The notes below the pieces were generated by a model. That model made no database searches. It was not told the DNA's origin and saw only the letters and a program-made list of their open reading frames with translations. From a virus (taxonomy: Duplodnaviria; Caudoviricetes), in the IMG/VR virus record IMGVR_UViG_3300032373_000043, positions 1-39,751 of that record: a stretch of 39,751 nucleotides of DNA; one strand, given 5' to 3'. Every line of letters begins with the position of its first letter. The stretch's first letter is position 1. Positions 35,901 through 39,751 of the stretch are shown in pieces. A program made the position numbers and the translations under genes.

Positions 35901-38231
35901 TCGCAGGATTCGTGGGCCACTATTGGTGATGCCTATAATACGGAAGAGCTGGTATATACAGTGTTAGCTGATGGCAGCACGTATAGAATCCGCGCACAAG
36001 CCATATCAATAAACGGTAGCGTCTCCAGCGAATATGTCGAAACAACGTGGACCGTTACTGTTGCAGCTGGCACAGCCGTCATAGGCTCCGGCAATGTTAT
36101 CCAAAGCAGCCCTACTGTTGGCCAAAGCACCAATGGTCAGGGCATTATTCATCGCACGGAATCTATTAGTGGTTACAGCCCGACGGGCGTAGAAAAAACA
36201 CGCATTGATGCAAGCACTGGCAAGATCACTGCCACAGATGTCAACCTCACTGGCTCCATCACCGCATTGGCAGGCGCTATTGGCGGCTGGGATATTACAT
36301 CAGCAGCGCTAAAAACAGGCGTTGGGGCAACACACATAGAGCTTGCGCCAGCATCAGGCATTTGGTTTGGAGCCGATACCCTGGGTGCTGCACCATTTAG
36401 TGTTACGCCTGCGGGAGCATTAAAAGCCAGTTCCGGTGAGGTCGGCGGCTGGAATATTGGTGTATCTTCCTTGAGTATTGGTTCAGGCGCTTCTCGTATC
36501 GAGCTGCACCCAACATCCGGTATCTGGTTTGGTAATGATTCATTTTCCCTTGCACCTTTCAGTATTACGCCTGCCGGAGCACTAAAGGCCAGTTCCGGTG
36601 CTGTCGGTGGTTGGAATATCGGTGCATCTTCCTTGAGTATTGGTTCAGGCGCTTCTCGTATCGAGCTGCACCCAACATCCGGTATCTGGCTGGGTGATAA
36701 TGCATTTTCCAATGCGCCGTTTAGTGTGTCACCGGCGGGGCTACTTAAATCCACATCGGGCATGATCGGCAGTTGGACAATTAATGTCGCAGGCATTAGT
36801 GCAGGTGCTGGTGCTTCACACATTGAATTCAAACCCGCTACTGGCATCTGGTTTGGTAATGATTCATTTTCCCTTGCACCTTTCAGTATTACACCTGCCG
36901 GAGCATTAAAAGCCAGTTCCGGTGTAATCGGTGGCTGGGCTATTACGGCCGACAAGCTGTCTAGCCCCGACGGAAAAATAGTGCTAGATGCCGGACAAGA
37001 TCGAATTCGTGTCAGCCAAGGTGAAAACTACTTTGACATTTCTGGCGCTGGTTTGGTCGGTGTCGACTCAATCCTCGGCACCACTATTAACTTCCCTACC
37101 GATGGCAGCGGGCCGACAATTTCCAGTGGAATTATTAACAGCACAGTATTCAATATTACGTCGGCGGGGATAATCGAAACCAGCCCCAACGCTGGTAATG
37201 GTGGTGCTAATGGTCAGGGAATTAGAATAAATAACACGGGAATCAAGGGTTGGAAAAAGAATGATCCGGCGCCCGTGTATCACCTGGATGCCACCACGGG
37301 AATCATCACCGCATTGGATGCTGTGCTCACGGGTGGTGGTATCACGATAGATGACGGAGGTGCGTTTAAAAGTATTGGAAAAGTACCAGGGGCTGGAAGT
37401 GGCGTTTTCCTTGGATACGACACCGCCGGATACAAGATGGATGTTGGTGACCATGATAACGAAAAATTTATATATTTTGATGATGCCGACCTTCATATTG
37501 GACGTAATACTCAATTGCGTGGCACGGATGCTTACAATAATAACAATGATTATTACCACAACTGGAATAACGAGCCGATTGAAAACTATGGAGCTGTGCT
37601 TTCGGGGGCAAATTTTGTTGCCGAAACTGATTATGGTCTCACTGGTTTGCGGATTGCTGGAAGTCAGACAGTAGGCGAAAAAGCGTATTTAGCTAAAGAT
37701 TTTAAATGGACATCAAATTTTACATTTTTTAATAGCGGGTCTTGGCGCGCATTTCGCGGACGCATTTATTTTTCAGTATGGGGTGATGCAAGTTCATCAT
37801 CGTCTATATGGCGCGCTGGAATTGGCAATGCGCAGCTAGCTGAAGGGTGTGGTTTTCTCCTAAAGAGCAATTATAAGGTTGTCGGTTACCTATACGATGG
37901 TACGACGTATAGAGAAACAGCAGAATTCTCTAAAGTGTATAACAATAACGGTGGTGCCTACGGTGCATTAATTGAGGCCTATGTTGATCCAGCAGCAGGG
38001 ACAACGACATTTATAGCTTCTGGAGCTAGCGGCCAAGAAACAAAAACGCTCGCATATTTGCCGGAGTTTTATGGATTCCACTACGACGTTAATTATGGTG
38101 ACGGTGATTTTGTGGGTAATTTTCCAGTGTGCCTGTATTTAGAAGCGATTAAGGCAGGGACATACACCAGCACCAAGAGATACGACCCTCAAATTAAATG
38201 GGGTGATTGGAGATTTTTGCAAGAAGGTTAA
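32910..38231 (+). CDS. Large tail tip/central fibre protein
   Basis: 1773 aa; hub-like N-terminus (DLEIGDIV), Gly-rich region, FN3-like segment (YRIRAQAI), GxIGGW repeats, distinct C-terminal domain. Confidence 0.88.
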   Translation: MRVDNVTYAAFRRSEAKDVRYVISVNFGDDVDPRMHYFTSHADCAVPATATSVSYDVIESTSGQAQRLDLLRSRSDIGGVRFSVIDPLGAVTTVITAQLAAGYSLRQKEVVIYLGGKDFAWSDYVTAATVIIDDREWLEGSHVFSCSDILRTTRKNICDQNRTNLRNSITQDDTVLTVYSAAKFEFNTHGNGYSDAPGLRVIYIDVDDETVRATDKVDAPLSVTGTDISINSADNSINSITTDFSGFSQGMQIVLSGSNDGIYHIAQPPTATKIITVESLTNTAAGSSVNVLADIQFYNCTRGVLNTKPAAHDVDATADADQRTKVTERIYFELPLLKAAYAILTGNVYGQADPFPSNWHLNISTKWIATSTFTTHPDWWDIADDATGQLVRFNGLKKRDGKKFVEEQLMRLQGAFMRVQSDGQLALRRKTRVSEKAAHIRVLDDSNLVEWGALKEDMDAVYDAFTFNWNADPKTGKPNRHITLLNPDSNNVQGKPKTLEMTFEGLSGYTTTQATLSLLRDSTRDMYAGSPFLCQVKALPSMNDLEIGDIVRWRTPSVRDPVNNNTLDRSFIIVAKNDDWMTGGVVLDLFGSSRQATPVNDAQSNRVLTTAAYEVGQELLAYLDATYTNANGTKYQIVNSVLHIIESIDLIGNDDLSLGGNYYYHGDVTINQLDGSSNQIEVTINKNVGLWIDGHFTNNGYISGVGRGISDGSVGFIGATKAGGGFNHREILGWGTSASIDSDVIAAENHSIPNFNIQWDGNNISGLPSNLLGTGGGQGKNTTYFSEDDEGFTKGPYTAQGGLYGGGGAGLRIVTHSLSMGLSANINLSGGDGQLGDYVTSLGPGGVANGSFGYNAGSAGGGAGGALLVVLDGNGAFETGLSNGFISANGGSPIFGGRLTNKSGSSPWRPEYANGINSYYAGYQASDSSDANYRVQYLMDDIAPSPEPPTYSDRPLTINVQEQVSSSNSLNQSGLEISVNPPGDPTYRGARLTISKVSQDSWATIGDAYNTEELVYTVLADGSTYRIRAQAISINGSVSSEYVETTWTVTVAAGTAVIGSGNVIQSSPTVGQSTNGQGIIHRTESISGYSPTGVEKTRIDASTGKITATDVNLTGSITALAGAIGGWDITSAALKTGVGATHIELAPASGIWFGADTLGAAPFSVTPAGALKASSGEVGGWNIGVSSLSIGSGASRIELHPTSGIWFGNDSFSLAPFSITPAGALKASSGAVGGWNIGASSLSIGSGASRIELHPTSGIWLGDNAFSNAPFSVSPAGLLKSTSGMIGSWTINVAGISAGAGASHIEFKPATGIWFGNDSFSLAPFSITPAGALKASSGVIGGWAITADKLSSPDGKIVLDAGQDRIRVSQGENYFDISGAGLVGVDSILGTTINFPTDGSGPTISSGIINSTVFNITSAGIIETSPNAGNGGANGQGIRINNTGIKGWKKNDPAPVYHLDATTGIITALDAVLTGGGITIDDGGAFKSIGKVPGAGSGVFLGYDTAGYKMDVGDHDNEKFIYFDDADLHIGRNTQLRGTDAYNNNNDYYHNWNNEPIENYGAVLSGANFVAETDYGLTGLRIAGSQTVGEKAYLAKDFKWTSNFTFFNSGSWRAFRGRIYFSVWGDASSSSSIWRAGIGNAQLAEGCGFLLKSNYKVVGYLYDGTTYRETAEFSKVYNNNGGAYGALIEAYVDPAAGTTTFIASGASGQETKTLAYLPEFYGFHYDVNYGDGDFVGNFPVCLYLEAIKAGTYTSTKRYDPQIKWGDWRFLQEG
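36273..36940 (+). repeat. Four 162-bp (54-aa) tandem repeats in the tail fibre
   Basis: Units start at 36273, 36435, 36597, 36759 (partial fifth at 36921). Confidence 0.92.
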
Positions 38232-38308
38232 TCGTCATTAACCGTAAACGTCATGCTTGAAAAAAACATAAATCATGAATTCGATAAATCGTTACAACAG
38301 GAGTGAGT

Positions 38309-38512
38309 ATGAATATTGAAAACGTAAAAAGTATCAGAGACCAGCACCTGCAAGAACAAGCGCAGCTGGCCGCTGAATTATTTCATACCGACAAACGCTG
38401 TGAGTTTCTTCGTACCCGGCTTAATGAAATCAGCTGCATCCTGCAGACCGTGGATCATATTGCACCTCAGAATCCGGTTGAGAAGGATGGCGAAAATAAA
38501 GACAAACAATAG
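38309..38512 (+). CDS. Small coiled-coil protein after the fibre (possible chaperone)
   Basis: CAGGAG RBS; heptad pattern. Confidence 0.55.
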   Translation: MNIENVKSIRDQHLQEQAQLAAELFHTDKRCEFLRTRLNEISCILQTVDHIAPQNPVEKDGENKDKQ

Positions 38513-38523
38513 CCAGAAAAAAA

Positions 38524-38625
38524 GGGGCGACCAAGCCGTGCGCCAACACGGCCTGGACCCCAAACCACGGTGGATAATCACTGTGACCCAGGCAAAGCCC
38601 CCCGCCGCGTCGACGCAGCCGGGCT
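38524..38625 (+). ncRNA. Structured leader upstream of the methyltransferase
   Basis: GGGG..CCAaGCCGTG-cgccaa-CACGGCcTGG..CCCC; CACGGTG/CACTGTG; AGCCC..GCGTCGACGC..GGGCT. Confidence 0.55.
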
Positions 38626-38656
38626 AGCGTAGCACATGAATTAAGAGGTGCGCACG

Positions 38657-39466
38657 ATGGATCACAAACCGATTATTCCCTGGATGGGTGGCAAGGGTCG
38701 ATTAGTTGACCACATATTGCCCAAGTTCCCGGCTCATACCTGCTACGTAGAAGCGTTTTGCGGAGCAGCGGCTATCTACTTTGCCAAGAGGCCATCAGAT
38801 GTAGAGGTAGTTAACGATATCAATGGCGAGCTTATCAATTTGTATCGAGTCATCCAGCACCATTTAGAGGAATTTGTTAGGCAGTTTAAATGGGCTTTAA
38901 GCAGCCGCCAGGTGTTTGAATGGGAGAAAGCCAAGCCGCCGGAAACCATGACCGATATTCAACGCGCGGCCCGCTTTTATTACCTGCAGCGCCTAGCGTT
39001 TGGTGGCCGGGTAAATGGCCAGAGTTACGGCACCGCCACTACGTCCGGCCCAAGGCTGAACCTGCTCAGAATCGAAGAAGATTTGAGCCAGGCGCACCTC
39101 CGATTGCAGGGTGCCCAGGTAGAGAACCTGTCCTGGGTGGACGTGATCACTCGGTATGATAGACCTCACACGCTGTTCTACCTAGATCCGCCTTACTGGG
39201 AGACGGCTGGCTATGGGGTTGATTTCGGTTGGGATAACTTCGAGCGCATGGCAGTGCTGGCTAGGGAGGTACAAGGCAGCATGATCATTAGCATCAATGA
39301 CCACCCTGACATCCGCCAAGTGTTTGACGGCCTCCACATGGAGTCTGTGGGCATTACTTATACAGTTGGCGGCGGAGAAAACAGCTCAAAAGCCACTGAG
39401 TTGATCATCTGGAACGATCATTGTGAGCAGGGCCGGAAGGAAACCAACACAATGGAGCTTTTCTAG
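38657..39466 (+). CDS. DNA adenine methyltransferase (D12/Dam family), at the mom position
   Basis: PWMGGK, YVEAFCGAAA, VVNDING, FYLDPPY. Confidence 0.95.
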   Translation: MDHKPIIPWMGGKGRLVDHILPKFPAHTCYVEAFCGAAAIYFAKRPSDVEVVNDINGELINLYRVIQHHLEEFVRQFKWALSSRQVFEWEKAKPPETMTDIQRAARFYYLQRLAFGGRVNGQSYGTATTSGPRLNLLRIEEDLSQAHLRLQGAQVENLSWVDVITRYDRPHTLFYLDPPYWETAGYGVDFGWDNFERMAVLAREVQGSMIISINDHPDIRQVFDGLHMESVGITYTVGGGENSSKATELIIWNDHCEQGRKETNTMELF

Positions 39467-39509
39467 GCCATTACAGAGGCGTTAAACAGAGGTAAAAGCC
39501 CCTTTTGGG

Positions 39510-39558
39510 TATTCGCACACCAAGTGGCGCGCTGTCGCAAATTAAGCGACGCGTTACA
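39510..39558 (-). promoter_or_regulatory. Right end (attR) with two transposase-binding sites
   Basis: Reverse complement TGTAACGCGTCGCTTAATTTGCGACA and CGCCACTTGGTGTGCGAATA match the left-end motifs in register. Confidence 0.85.
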
Positions 39559-39563
39559 CCCGT
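39559..39563 (+). repeat. Target-site duplication, right copy (CCCGT)
   Basis: Identical to 195-199. Confidence 0.92.
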
Positions 39564-39648
39564 GGTCACTACCCCCTTACTAAACAAATCAGCACTATCC
39601 CGGATAATTCCGAGTGTCCCATTGTGTCCCAAAGAGGTAGATTGAAGA

Positions 39649-39725
39649 TGGCGCGCCCGACAGGAATCGAACCTGTGACCCCCGCCTTCGGAGGGCGGTA
39701 CTCTATCCAGCTGAGCTACGGGCGC
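39649..39725 (-). tRNA. argX: tRNA-Arg (anticodon CCG)
   Basis: GCGCCCGTAGCTCAGCTGGATAGAGTACCGCCCT-CCG-AAGGCGGGGGTCACAGGTTCGATTCCTGTCGGGCGCGCCA, 77 nt with encoded CCA. Confidence 0.98.
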
Positions 39726-39751
39726 AGAAGGCGCAGTTTAACAGATTTTAC

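Larger units (their letters stand above)
200..39558. mobile_element. Complete Mu-like transposable prophage with non-contractile tail
   Basis: Begins TGT at 200 and ends ACA at 39556-39558; flanked by identical CCCGT (195-199, 39559-39563); encodes MuA/MuB, Mu-type head genes, and a tail tube without a sheath. Confidence 0.96.

Noticed and set aside
36273-36940. CRISPR array
   Set aside because: Repeats are 162-bp in-frame coding units without unique spacers; no cas genes
36173-36955. 260-aa repetitive minus-strand ORF
   Set aside because: Mirror of the tail-fibre repeats
28338-38512. Mu-type contractile tail and invertible G segment
   Set aside because: No sheath, baseplate wedge, invertase or inverted fibre cassette seen
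39649-39725. tRNA-Arg as the phage attB for integrase-mediated insertion
   Set aside because: No tRNA 3' duplication at the left end; the element is bounded by TG/CA and a 5-bp TSD 90 bp away, indicating transposition

Overview
The window is almost entirely one apparently complete transposable (Mu-like) prophage, 200..39558 (39,359 bp). It has TG...CA termini, repeated transposase-binding motifs at both ends and a perfect 5-bp target-site duplication (CCCGT at 195-199 and 39559-39563). It sits in the 5' end of a decayed tyrosine-integrase gene, 90 bp from the 3' end of a tRNA-Arg(CCG) gene. Gene order is Mu-like: repressor/ner, MuA, MuB, semi-essential early genes, Mor/C activator, lysis, terminase, portal, gpF, gpG, protease/scaffold, capsid, neck, a non-contractile (siphovirus-type) tail and a terminal Dam-type methyltransferase. 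Notable extras: (i) a 3.4-kb six-gene cassette between terminase and portal that looks like a fibre-assembly system, in which a lectin-like protein has 10 repeats and a small coiled-coil protein ends in a copy of the same repeat; (ii) an AT-rich two-gene cassette (PLD-fold-like plus membrane protein) bracketed by two copies of the gpG 3' end; (iii) a MuF with a nuclease-like C-terminal extension followed by a structured spacer and no immunity ORF; (iv) a secreted thermonuclease, a PagP-like barrel, a beta-clamp-like protein, leaderless late promoters and a capsid protein with a hydrophobic leader. All family calls come from motif recognition by eye, not database searches.
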